Shown: positions 51,813 through 60,780 of the stretch, piece after piece
How positions within the stretch are numbered: the first letter of the stretch is position 1
Layout: each line of letters opens with the position of its first letter
Origin: an uncultured Candidatus Actinomarina sp.
GTDB taxonomy: Bacteria; Actinomycetota; Acidimicrobiia; Actinomarinales; Actinomarinaceae
Assembly (NCBI GenBank): GCA_902626065.1
Contig: CACODT010000003.1
Span: 18,895-82,894, forward strand
Length of the DNA stretch: 64,000 bases
Direction of reading: 5' to 3'
The notes under the pieces: generated by a model
What the model saw: only the letters and a program-made list of their open reading frames with translations
What the model was told of the DNA's origin: nothing
Database searches by the model: none
Position numbers and translations under genes: made by a program

Positions 51813-53183
51813 TTATAAAAGTAAAAGAGCAATACCAAGAAATCCAGCAAATCCTGCAATATCGGTAATTAATGTTAAAAATATATTTGAAGCCAATGCT
51901 GGATCAAATCCTATTTTTTTTAGTACTAAAGGTATCGATGAACCAAACAAGTTTCCAATAAAAATATTTCCAAACACAGCAATACTTAGTGCTAAAGAGT
52001 AAGTAGTTAAACCTATAACGCTCAACATTAAAAAAGAAAGAATTCCTATTAATATCCCATTTATTAGTCCAATCAAAGTCTGTTTGCCAATCACCTCTAA
52101 AATTCTTGCGTCTGAAACATCGTTTCTTGCAAGTGCTCTTATTACGATAGCTAATGACTGTGCTCCAGAATTTCCTCCAACTAATGCAACTACTGGCATA
52201 AGTGCTGCAAGTAAAATATCCCCAGAGATAGTTTCTTCAAATTGTGATATCAAGATAGATACGATGAATGCCAGAGCCATATTTATAGAAATCCATGGGA
52301 GTCGTAGCCTTACTGATTTTTGTAGAGGTGTAAATATCGTTTCTTCTGCTCCTGCTCCAAAAGATTGAGAAAAGTCTTCAGCAATTTCGGTTTGAATAAC
52401 ATCAAGAGCAGTATTTACCGTAGTTTGACCAATAAGCCTATTACTTTTATCGACTACCGGCAGTGCTAATAATTCATATTGTTTTATCAATATAGCTGCA
52501 TCTTCTTGATCTGATGATGGATTTACAAATATTGGATCTTGAATCATAACATTTTCTATTAGTTCATCTTCATCAGCAAATACAATTTCCCGAAATGAAA
52601 TAACACCAGTTAATACATTGTCATCATTCACTGAATATACGTAGATCAAATCTTCAACATTATTGTGGAGATCTTTTAACTCTCTCAGTGCATCTTTGAC
52701 TTTTAGTCCTGTTGATATTTTTGCTACTTCTTCAGACATTTGTCGACCAACTGAATCTTCAGGGTAAGCCAACCTTTTATTAATATTCAGCTTTGTAGAC
52801 TTATCTAGTATTTCTAATATTTCTTCAGTTTCATCTTCAGTAGATCTCTCAAAAACATCAACTACATCTTCAGTATCCATTTGTTTAAAAATTTCTTCTA
52901 TATGGGACTCATTTAATGCCTCTACAATCTCAATAATTGCCCTAGGTCTTAAGGATTCAAATATTTTTACAGAGATTTTTATCGGAAGGTAGGTAATCAA
53001 TTTTCCAGCCTCAGAAGGCTCAAATTCTTCTAATGTATCCGCAGAGTCAAAAGGATCTTGCTCAGCTATTTGAAGCCATATTTCTTGATTATTCTCTAAA
53101 TAATTGAAAGCTTCATTTGGATTTGAACGGGCAAGATCTCTTAGTTCTTTGCCTTTTAATGGGTTTTGGGATTCATTTACCAT
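51813..53183 (-). CDS. mgtE: Magnesium transporter MgtE
   Basis: MgtE_N region, two CBS-like segments ('GRQMSEEV...', 'LLALPVVDKSNRLIGQTT') and a C-terminal 5-TM MgtE domain ('GNSGAQS', 'DIAGF'). Confidence 0.9.
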   Translation of the reverse strand: MVNESQNPLKGKELRDLARSNPNEAFNYLENNQEIWLQIAEQDPFDSADTLEEFEPSEAGKLITYLPIKISVKIFESLRPRAIIEIVEALNESHIEEIFKQMDTEDVVDVFERSTEDETEEILEILDKSTKLNINKRLAYPEDSVGRQMSEEVAKISTGLKVKDALRELKDLHNNVEDLIYVYSVNDDNVLTGVISFREIVFADEDELIENVMIQDPIFVNPSSDQEDAAILIKQYELLALPVVDKSNRLIGQTTVNTALDVIQTEIAEDFSQSFGAGAEETIFTPLQKSVRLRLPWISINMALAFIVSILISQFEETISGDILLAALMPVVALVGGNSGAQSLAIVIRALARNDVSDARILEVIGKQTLIGLINGILIGILSFLMLSVIGLTTYSLALSIAVFGNIFIGNLFGSSIPLVLKKIGFDPALASNIFLTLITDIAGFAGFLGIALLLL

Positions 53184-53232
53184 AAAGACCTATTATTTAC
53201 TTTAATAATGATAAGAGGTTTATTTTTTTTAT

Positions 53233-55122
53233 TTAGTTTAATTGTTTTTTATGCCACTCAATTATAGATTCAAATCTCTGAATTCTATGATTAGGCTTTC
53301 CGGATCTTGATAACTCATGACTCTCATCAGGAAATCTAATCATTGAGGTTTCTATATTTCTCCTTTTGAGATTTGAAAACAATTGCTCCGCTTGTTCAAT
53401 TGGACACCGATAGTCTTTCTCAGAATGGATTATTAATGTAGGTGTAACAATATTATTTGCATACGTTATTGGACTTTTTTTTCTATAAAGATTCAAGTTA
53501 CTATTCATGTCATCAAGTAAATACATCTCTGGAAATCCTATTCCTATATCGGAAGTCCCGACCATGGTCTCCCAATTTAGTAAGGCTCTTTCTACTATTG
53601 CTGATTTAAACATTTTTGGATAATGACTGATAATCCACGAAGTCATAAAACCACCATAAGAACCTCCCATAATTCCAAAATCTTTATTTTTAATTCCTAA
53701 ATGTTGAATCATTTTTTTAAAACTAGTAAGAACATCAAAAGTGTCATTTTCTCCCCATTTATTTCCACAAACATCTCTTAAAAATTTGTGCCCTCTTCCT
53801 GATGAACCTCTTGGATTACAAGCTATAACATTAAATCCTGAAGATGCATAAACTTGAAATTCATCAAAAAAGCCAAACCCATATTGTCCCGCAGGACCTC
53901 CATGAATATTGAGCAATGTTGGTCTATTTATATCAACAAGTATTCCCCAGGTATCTATTTTTGACTGCCCAGTATCAAACCGTTTATATACACATTGATG
54001 AGCTTTTACATTTTTATGAAAACTTTTGTTAAATTCTGATATTTTTTTAGTTTGTTTATTCAAACCAATATAGACTTCATCTTTTAGATTAAAGCTATTT
54101 TTCAGGGTATAAATTTTGTCATCATAAACAGTAAAATCTGAAATGATAGATTCTTCATCAGATAGAAATTCATAATCTTTAAAATCTGTCTTTAATAATG
54201 ATTGTTTTCCTGAATCTTCAAATAAAACAAAAACATAATTATTAAAAACTTTAACTTTAATAACACCTCTATCAATCTCGTTTTTAATTTTTCTAACTAC
54301 TCCATCTTCATTAAGCTCGAAAACACTAATGTTTGTTGGCCAATCAAATCTATTTTCTAACCCAACTCCATAAAGATTATTATTAAAAGAAAAAATTTGT
54401 TCCCACATTCCACCAGTATTTAGTACTTTTAATTTTGATTTTGAAAACTTAAGTACTTGATTTTCTAACATAGTCCCTTTTTCATTGTGTTTACTCGATA
54501 TGAAGAAAAGGCTTGAATCCATTTCAATCAATGAAGAAATAGATAATAGAGATTCTTTGTCTCCATCTATGATTTTTTTTGTTTTTAAAGTAGAGATGCT
54601 AACTTCATAGATATGAAATCTTTTGTTATATATTGTTCCAGTCGTATCAAACCTAAACGGAAGTTTATCTATTTTTAGAGGGTGGTCTGTCTTACTCTTG
54701 ATATTTTTATAGTCACTCGACCACTCTTTTGTAATCACATAAATAAACTCATCTTTTTCACTCCAAATATAATTAGAGATTGTATCTTCTGTTTCGAAAA
54801 TTACCTTCTCCTGATTGCCTGTTCTTGTAACAAGCTTATTTGTAAGTGAATTTCCTTTTTTCTCTAGAGGATCTAAAATATCGGACGATTTTGGTGTTTT
54901 AATAAAAGAAATTGAATTTTTGGTATTTGAGTACTTTGGATTTGAGAAATTCCAGTTTGAAGATTTTTTTAATTCAATCCACTCATTTCTTGAAAATTTC
55001 CAAATAGAAGATTCATACGAGTTATTATCGAGATTCATTTTTGTTGCCTTAAGAACAAGAGAAGATTTCTTGTTTACAATTTCAGACAAGGTAACAAAGT
55101 CAGATATATTTTTAGGTTTCAT
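53233..55122 (-). CDS. S9 family serine peptidase (prolyl oligopeptidase / acylaminoacyl-peptidase-like)
   Basis: N-terminal beta-propeller-like region. 'IHGGPAGQ', nucleophile elbow 'GIMGGSYGGFMTSW', 'HSEKDYRCP', 'FPDESHEL' (Ser-Asp-His). Confidence 0.85.
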   Translation of the reverse strand: MKPKNISDFVTLSEIVNKKSSLVLKATKMNLDNNSYESSIWKFSRNEWIELKKSSNWNFSNPKYSNTKNSISFIKTPKSSDILDPLEKKGNSLTNKLVTRTGNQEKVIFETEDTISNYIWSEKDEFIYVITKEWSSDYKNIKSKTDHPLKIDKLPFRFDTTGTIYNKRFHIYEVSISTLKTKKIIDGDKESLLSISSLIEMDSSLFFISSKHNEKGTMLENQVLKFSKSKLKVLNTGGMWEQIFSFNNNLYGVGLENRFDWPTNISVFELNEDGVVRKIKNEIDRGVIKVKVFNNYVFVLFEDSGKQSLLKTDFKDYEFLSDEESIISDFTVYDDKIYTLKNSFNLKDEVYIGLNKQTKKISEFNKSFHKNVKAHQCVYKRFDTGQSKIDTWGILVDINRPTLLNIHGGPAGQYGFGFFDEFQVYASSGFNVIACNPRGSSGRGHKFLRDVCGNKWGENDTFDVLTSFKKMIQHLGIKNKDFGIMGGSYGGFMTSWIISHYPKMFKSAIVERALLNWETMVGTSDIGIGFPEMYLLDDMNSNLNLYRKKSPITYANNIVTPTLIIHSEKDYRCPIEQAEQLFSNLKRRNIETSMIRFPDESHELSRSGKPNHRIQRFESIIEWHKKQLN

Positions 55123-55137
55123 TTGTAATTATTTACT

Positions 55138-56517
55138 TTATCTTATTCTGTTAAAAGCAAGTGTGCCAATTATTGAAAATATAAAACCAATTCCAAATGT
55201 ATTAAGATCAGCTAGACCATAAAGATCAGTTGGAATAAATAATCCACCGGGATTAACTTCAAGATCAATAAAATAAAATCTATACAAGATCGAAGCTGTA
55301 AATCCTAAAGAGAACGGAATAGTAATACCTTGACTAGTCTTACTCATTCTTATTTTGTAAAATGCTGGAAATACAAGACAGACTGCTAAGAGATCAGCAA
55401 AAAGAAAGACTGAAAAAATATTAGTTACAAAGAAAGAAAGATATAAAGAACCAAAAGTTATTATAAGACTTATTATTTTTGCTTCTGAAACACCTCTTTT
55501 TACAATATCTAAGGCCATTGTTGAAGCAATAGCACTTTGAAGAGTGTCAATACTTGAAGCCACAAGCATTGTGCAGAGTGCAATAACAAGGATTCTTGAA
55601 AAACTGTTGAATTCTATCTGTTGAATAAAACTGAGAGAGGGATTTTCTATTCCAAATCCTGCCCCAGCAGATCCCGCTACTCCAAGAATTAATACAGTTA
55701 AAAAACATCCTAAACCAGCCAATACAGAAGATTTTTTTATAACATGTTCATCAACAGCTGAATAAGTTCTCTGCCAGTATCCCTGTGAAAATATTTCTGC
55801 TGCAGTAACTGCAAGAATCACTGCTATTGCGGATTTAAAACTTGGGAAGGTAAATGTTGAAAGACCACCTGTATTAGATGCCTGCATAATATTATCAAAT
55901 CCATTTTGGCTAATCCATAGAGATAAAACAATTGATAGCAATACGATTATTGATATACCTTGGAATCTATCAGTAACTAAAGATGCTTTAAAGCCAGATA
56001 AATTTAGATAAATGAAAGTTACCACAGCTATAGAAATACAGACTATTAGACCAGACGTCCCAGAAATCTCTGGAAACAAAAAATTTATAGATGCGAATTC
56101 AGCTATTAAAAAAGCAGACATGTATATTATTGCGACTATTGATACAAAAATCTGTGCAAAATTTCCATATTGTTCTTTTATATATTGCGGAAGAGTTGCT
56201 TTGTCTGGAACTGTTCGGACAATTTTTGGACCTACAAAATACAACAAAATGAAAGGCGTTGCCGCTGAAATAGCGTAGCCAATAACGTCAAATCCTAGAC
56301 CATACCAGCCAACCTCAGCTGGAGATGCAATAATCCACAAACCCATTCCGCTTGCATAAAAACTTAATGTTAAATTTAAAGTTTTTTGCGACTTCAGCAT
56401 TACAAAAAAACCCTCGGTACTTTTTTTACTTGATAATTTACTTGTTAATACTATAAAAAATACCAGTATTGAAAATATTAAAATATAACTGGTCAAAGCG
56501 TTTGTGCTTAACTTCAA
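55138..56517 (-). CDS. Sodium:solute symporter family transporter, TPP-riboswitch controlled (ThiV-like thiamine or HMP precursor transporter)
   Basis: TTG start, 459 aa, about 12 TM. SSS-type motif 'IYLNLSGFKASLVTDRFQG' (Y..GG..A...TD..Q). A TPP riboswitch lies immediately upstream. Confidence 0.7.
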   Translation of the reverse strand: MKLSTNALTSYILIFSILVFFIVLTSKLSSKKSTEGFFVMLKSQKTLNLTLSFYASGMGLWIIASPAEVGWYGLGFDVIGYAISAATPFILLYFVGPKIVRTVPDKATLPQYIKEQYGNFAQIFVSIVAIIYMSAFLIAEFASINFLFPEISGTSGLIVCISIAVVTFIYLNLSGFKASLVTDRFQGISIIVLLSIVLSLWISQNGFDNIMQASNTGGLSTFTFPSFKSAIAVILAVTAAEIFSQGYWQRTYSAVDEHVIKKSSVLAGLGCFLTVLILGVAGSAGAGFGIENPSLSFIQQIEFNSFSRILVIALCTMLVASSIDTLQSAIASTMALDIVKRGVSEAKIISLIITFGSLYLSFFVTNIFSVFLFADLLAVCLVFPAFYKIRMSKTSQGITIPFSLGFTASILYRFYFIDLEVNPGGLFIPTDLYGLADLNTFGIGFIFSIIGTLAFNRIR

Positions 56518-56529
56518 AATTACCTCATT

Positions 56530-56630
56530 TCTTTAAACGGGGTAAGAGTTTCGAATTTCCCTTCGCTAGAATTACCTAACAGGTTCATACGGTCGGTTTT
56601 TAAACCCTCTCAGCATTTTGCTCCCGTTAA
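56530..56630 (-). promoter_or_regulatory. TPP (THI-box) riboswitch
   Basis: The minus strand reads 'ACGGGAGCAAAAUGCUGAGAGGGUUUAAAAACCGACCGUAUGAACCUGUUAGGUAAUUCUAGCGAAGGGAAAUUCGAAACUCUUACCCCGU'. It contains the CUGAGA, ACC..GAACCUG and GGUAAU.CUAGCG.AGGGA consensus blocks and a P1 helix ACGGG/CCCGU. 'CUUACC' can pair with the SD region 'GAGGUAA' just before the UUG start. Confidence 0.85.
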
Positions 56631-56693
56631 TTCAATTCTACTTAATATGCTATTTAAACGTTCTATTTCAGATTTATTATTAACATTTCTAGA

Positions 56694-57608
56694 ATGAAAA
56701 ATAATAATTTTCAATCTCTCAAAAAACCTTCTCTTTTACAAACTATCGCAGCAGTTTTAACTGCTGGAATTATGTGGGGATCCGGAAACGTTATTGTAAG
56801 AAGTCTTTTAATAGAGGGATTAAATGAAATTTTTTTAGTTACAGCAAGAGTTTTAATTATTGGTACTTTACTTTTTTTTTATTACGTGATCTTTAATAGA
56901 GATCCTTTTGATAAACAACTTCTAAAAGAAGCTTCTTATACAAGTATTGCTTCAATCTTTTTGGTAAGTTGGGCATTTATATTTGCACTACAGTACATAT
57001 CTTCTGGATTAGTCACTCTTCTTGTAAGTTCCGCTCCAATTTTTACTGTCATGTGGGTAAAACTTTTATTAAAACAAGAAAAAATATCGAGGCTTAAATA
57101 TATTTCAGTTTTTGTTGGTTTTTCGGGGATAGCTTATTTATTTATTACCCAAGAAACAGGCTTACTCAACCAAGGTAATATTTTCTTAGGTGGTTCACTC
57201 GCTTTTTTAGGAGTTCAATGTATCGCACTCGCAACTGTATTAAATAGAAAATTTGCTCCAAAATACAAAGTCAGTAGTTGGTTAACGTTTCAATATCCAC
57301 TTGTGGTTTTTTTGACATTATTAACTTTTTTTATTTCAGGTGTAGGAATTGACATTCTTAATATTTCACAATTTTTAAGATTGGGAATTTTAGTTGTATG
57401 CAACTTAGGAGCATTTCTTTCATTCACTTGGCTAATTCAAAGAGTAAGTGCATTACAAGTTGCTTCGATTGATTATTTGGTTCCTGTCGTTGGAGTTTCA
57501 GCAGGCGTTATATTTCTAGGAGAAACATTTAATAAAAATATCTTGATTTCAGGTTTATTTATCTTTTTGTCTTTATTGTTAACCACAAAAGATGAGTTTT
57601 CTAATTAA
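56694..57608 (+). CDS. EamA/DMT family transporter
   Basis: 304 aa, 10 predicted TM in two similar halves, typical EamA-like composition. Confidence 0.75.
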   Translation: MKNNNFQSLKKPSLLQTIAAVLTAGIMWGSGNVIVRSLLIEGLNEIFLVTARVLIIGTLLFFYYVIFNRDPFDKQLLKEASYTSIASIFLVSWAFIFALQYISSGLVTLLVSSAPIFTVMWVKLLLKQEKISRLKYISVFVGFSGIAYLFITQETGLLNQGNIFLGGSLAFLGVQCIALATVLNRKFAPKYKVSSWLTFQYPLVVFLTLLTFFISGVGIDILNISQFLRLGILVVCNLGAFLSFTWLIQRVSALQVASIDYLVPVVGVSAGVIFLGETFNKNILISGLFIFLSLLLTTKDEFSN

Positions 57609-57647
57609 AGGCTATGAAAGAGTTTTTTATTTTAAGATTATGCAATG

Positions 57648-58037
57648 TTAACAATTTAGATTCTCAATATATTTTTTAAGTTCTTTATCTTCTACATCGT
57701 CAGGTATCTCATTCTTATAAAATATTCTATAACTATCACTTCCATACTTCCCAATCCCATGTAGTTGGGATGCATCTTTATGGTCCCATTCTAAGAATTC
57801 CTTACTCATTCTTCTAAGCCTCGCTGTTCTGATATTTTTCATACCCAATGGTTCTAATAATTTAGCCTGATATTTCGCCTTCCCCTTTAAAAAAGTTTTT
57901 GGGTCAGGATATTTTTTGAAAAGTACTGGAAGAACACTTTTGACTTGTTTTCTGTTTGTCATGTTCAGGCAAATAACTCCGACCATATGTTGCCAAACAC
58001 TATCAACCTGTTCTTGAACCATCAGGTCGTCTCTCAT
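57648..58037 (-). CDS. MBD4-like HhH-GPD DNA glycosylase (glycosylase domain only)
   Basis: '[33 protein letters not shown]...[23 protein letters not shown]...[19 protein letters not shown]...[11 protein letters not shown]' aligns along its length with the human MBD4 catalytic domain as I recall it. That reference reads '[32 protein letters not shown]...[23 protein letters not shown]...[20 protein letters not shown]...DHKLNKYHDWL'. The Asp in G-x-D-S-Y is present. Strong SD 'GGAGGAAGA' precedes the ATG. Confidence 0.7.
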   Translation of the reverse strand: [129 protein letters not shown]

Positions 58038-58145
58038 TCTTCCTCCAGTAATTTAAGTTTTGTTAGTGTTCTAATATAAGAATTCTAATAGAAACATATT
58101 TTCGGCATAATTGGACTTTTTATATATTTACTTAAAAAATGAGAA

Positions 58146-58199
58146 AACCCTTGAATACTCCGCTTGTTTTGTTGCCAAAACTAACTTGCTTCAAGGGTT
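58146..58199 (-). terminator. Long hairpin followed by a U-rich tract on the minus strand (probable terminator of the cbiM-like gene)
   Basis: Outer stem AACCCTTGAA (58146-55) / TTCAAGGGTT (58190-99). Inner stem GTTTTG/CAAAAC. On the minus strand the hairpin is followed by 'TTTTCTCATTTTTT'. Confidence 0.5.
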
Positions 58200-58315
58200 A
58201 TCTCTTACCCTTCTTGTAATGATTATCTAAAAAGATTTTCTTCACAAAAAGTTAATACTAAATTAATGAAAAAATTTACATATTTCAAAAAAAAATAATA
58301 AATTTTTTCCCACTT

Positions 58316-59242
58316 TTAATTTTTGTTTTTAACTTTCAGATAAATATTAAAAATTGCAACGATAACAACGACCCCTAAAACAGCACTAAGAACAGTTGAT
58401 AAAAAATTATTATTTATATTTTTTATTCCATAATCGTCTAGAAACAATATTATTCCTGATTCTTCATTGAAATCATATGTTTCTGCCACGGACTCCAGCC
58501 CGTCTGGTGAAGACGATGCATAAGGAGTAAGTAATGTAAGCGATAGGATAAGAATTATAAATAATCCATAAAACGAAGTTGCTTTATCATTCTGATTTTT
58601 GTTTTGATTTACATAAACTAGATCAGACCGAACCCTTAAAAGTAAAGAAACAATTAATGCTGTAATTACTCCCTCACCTATACCTATTAACAAGTGACTT
58701 GAAATCATTGCGATTAAAACATTTCCAAGCGGTACAGCAACAGTTCCTCCAATGGCATACTCAAGAACAAATGCTATTGAGGAAAAAACAACAGAAAGTA
58801 AACCAGCCACAAATGACCCAGAGATAATTGACGAGTAACTTTCATTAAAAACTCTTTTCCAGGTGGAAATAGCTATCCATCCAATTACAGATGTTACGAC
58901 TGCCATATTTAACAAATTCACTCCAAGTGCACTTAATCCACCATCAGCAAAAAGTAATGATTGAATTACAACAACAATAGCTATACAAATAATTCCAAGA
59001 CTAGGTCCTAATACAATTACAGCCAAAGCTCCTCCTAAAAGATGCCCACTTGTTCCAGCTGCTATAGGAAAATTTATCATTTGTAATACAAAAATTAAAG
59101 CTGACATCATTCCTGTCAATGCTATCAAACGATCAGCTACTAAATTTTTTGCGCTTCTTATATATGCCCATATTGTGCCTAAACTAATTAATCCAGTTGC
59201 GGCTGATACAGGCGCGTTAATAAATCCATCAGGTACGTGCAT
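58316..59242 (-). CDS. cbiM: CbiM/NikM-type ECF substrate-capture component fused to a PDGLE-motif C-terminal segment
   Basis: N-terminus 'MHVPDGFINAPVS' is the hallmark CbiM/NikM metal-binding start. The C-terminal part contains the literal 'SSSPDGLESVAE' (PDGLE domain, CbiN/NikN-like) and a final TM. Confidence 0.8.
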   Translation of the reverse strand: MHVPDGFINAPVSAATGLISLGTIWAYIRSAKNLVADRLIALTGMMSALIFVLQMINFPIAAGTSGHLLGGALAVIVLGPSLGIICIAIVVVIQSLLFADGGLSALGVNLLNMAVVTSVIGWIAISTWKRVFNESYSSIISGSFVAGLLSVVFSSIAFVLEYAIGGTVAVPLGNVLIAMISSHLLIGIGEGVITALIVSLLLRVRSDLVYVNQNKNQNDKATSFYGLFIILILSLTLLTPYASSSPDGLESVAETYDFNEESGIILFLDDYGIKNINNNFLSTVLSAVLGVVVIVAIFNIYLKVKNKN

Positions 59243-59267
59243 ATAAAAATTATAAGAAAGAATTCAG

Positions 59268-59290
59268 TTATTGCAAATATTTTGCAATAA
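59268..59290. promoter_or_regulatory. Perfect 10-3-10 palindrome between the hydrolase stop and the cbiM start (operator or weak terminator)
   Basis: 'TTATTGCAAA-TAT-TTTGCAATAA'. Lies 5 nt downstream of the stop at 59296 and 26 nt upstream of the cbiM ATG (59242). Confidence 0.45.
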
Positions 59291-59295
59291 GAAAA

Positions 59296-60033
59296 TTAAG
59301 ATATGTTATTTTCCTTGATCCATTTATGAATTTCGCTTAAAACAAACATTCTTGTATCTTGATTTAAAATTTCATGCATCGAGTTCTTTACAGTAACAAA
59401 GTTAACATTTTGAAGAGTTGCAATTTTTTCGTTTCCATCAATTGGGCAAACTTTGTCATTGTCCCCGTGAAGAACAATTGTTGGTATTGATAGTTTATTG
59501 ATATTCTCTTGTACATAATCTTGAACAGTTGCAATTTCAGAACCTAATTTGAATGAAAAAGTACGAAAAACTAATGGGTCGTTAAAATAATTTTGTACTA
59601 CATCTCTATCTGTTGATAAATTTCTTTTTGTAATAGGTGATATAGTTCTTAATTTTGGTGCTAAGTTTCCCAATGGTTTTGAAAGTGATCTCATAAATTT
59701 TGGATAGTTATCCTTAAACAATGGAGCAGACAATATAAGAAAATCAGGTTCAACTATTTTATTAATCACCCCATAAGTTGCAATTAGAGCACCATAAGAA
59801 TGTCCAAAAATTATTTTTTTTGGGTAATTTTCTAAATTTTGAAACCCTTTTTTAAGAGCCTCATTATTTTCGTCCCATGAATCAATATGTCCTTTAGTGG
59901 ACGAGTGTTCACCATGACCTGGAAGATCAATTAAATAAGGTGAGATATTTAAATTTTTAAACCAATCTGAATTTATTTGGTGTCTTCCTTTATGCTCGAA
60001 CAGACCGTGAAGTAAAAGTACTCCTGTATCCAT
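59296..60033 (-). CDS. Alpha/beta hydrolase (lysophospholipase / monoacylglycerol lipase-like)
   Basis: 'LLHGLFEHKGRH' and the nucleophile elbow 'GHSYGA'. 'HGDNDKVCP' and 'MHEILN' fit the Asp and His positions. Confidence 0.75.
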   Translation of the reverse strand: MDTGVLLLHGLFEHKGRHQINSDWFKNLNISPYLIDLPGHGEHSSTKGHIDSWDENNEALKKGFQNLENYPKKIIFGHSYGALIATYGVINKIVEPDFLILSAPLFKDNYPKFMRSLSKPLGNLAPKLRTISPITKRNLSTDRDVVQNYFNDPLVFRTFSFKLGSEIATVQDYVQENINKLSIPTIVLHGDNDKVCPIDGNEKIATLQNVNFVTVKNSMHEILNQDTRMFVLSEIHKWIKENNIS

Positions 60034-60064
60034 AATTTTTCTCCTTTATATAAACTTAATAGTA

Positions 60065-60778
60065 ATGAATTTAGATTACGTAAAAATCCCATTTTCAAAC
60101 AATCCATCAATGATCAGGTTTGATGGTCCTGTCTTTAATAAAAGTCCTGATAAAAACTATATATTTGAGAAAGAAAAACAAATTAAATACTTTAATGAAA
60201 ATATTTATGGTCAAACAAATATATCAATAGAAAACAATTTGTTACATAAATTGTTGTTTTATCTTGGATTTGATAAGTCTTTAGGTATTAAAGACTTATC
60301 ACTTAAGTTAGAAGAAGATTTTGCTGTAATGTTTAATGGAAAAATGGAACTTGGTTCAATATGTTTTCCAAGCGGATGGGATTTTTCAGAAAAACTAGGA
60401 AAAGATTTTTCATTTATTCATGAACCAGTTGCAGATAATTCTAAATTAATTTCTTCCAGTAGAAAACTGTCTGAATATATGTGTAAGCAAAAGATACAAA
60501 GATGGGTTTGGACAGTCACTACAAGTAAAGATTTAAGCGAACATCCAAAATTAAAAAAACCAAAACTAACAACATTTGAAAATTTATATTTTAGATTAGA
60601 AACCCAGACTTCTACACCAATAGATGAAATGACAAGTTTATTTTTAATTAAAGTAAATGTCTATCCTTTACACGATGTTTGGGACACAAAAATATTAGAA
60701 AGTATTAACTCCATGTCGGATAATGTTTTAAATTATAAAGGACTTGTAGAAATCAAAGAATTTTTAAATAAAATGTAG
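60065..60778 (+). CDS. DUF3445-like protein (heme-dependent oxidative N-demethylase family fold)
   Basis: 'LEEDFAVMFNGKMELGSICFPSGWDFSEKLGKDFSFIHEPVAD' resembles the conserved DUF3445 core (..fPs.W...eKlG......iH.PV.). From memory only. Confidence 0.5.
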   Translation: MNLDYVKIPFSNNPSMIRFDGPVFNKSPDKNYIFEKEKQIKYFNENIYGQTNISIENNLLHKLLFYLGFDKSLGIKDLSLKLEEDFAVMFNGKMELGSICFPSGWDFSEKLGKDFSFIHEPVADNSKLISSSRKLSEYMCKQKIQRWVWTVTTSKDLSEHPKLKKPKLTTFENLYFRLETQTSTPIDEMTSLFLIKVNVYPLHDVWDTKILESINSMSDNVLNYKGLVEIKEFLNKM

Positions 60779-60780
60779 AT

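Noticed and set aside
58139-58219. 26-aa plus-strand ORF (MRKPLNTPLVLLPKLTCFKGYLLPFL) in the cbiM-glycosylase spacer
   Set aside because: It coincides exactly with the nested hairpin and lies on the strand opposite to both neighbouring genes. The RNA-structure and terminator reading explains the sequence better.
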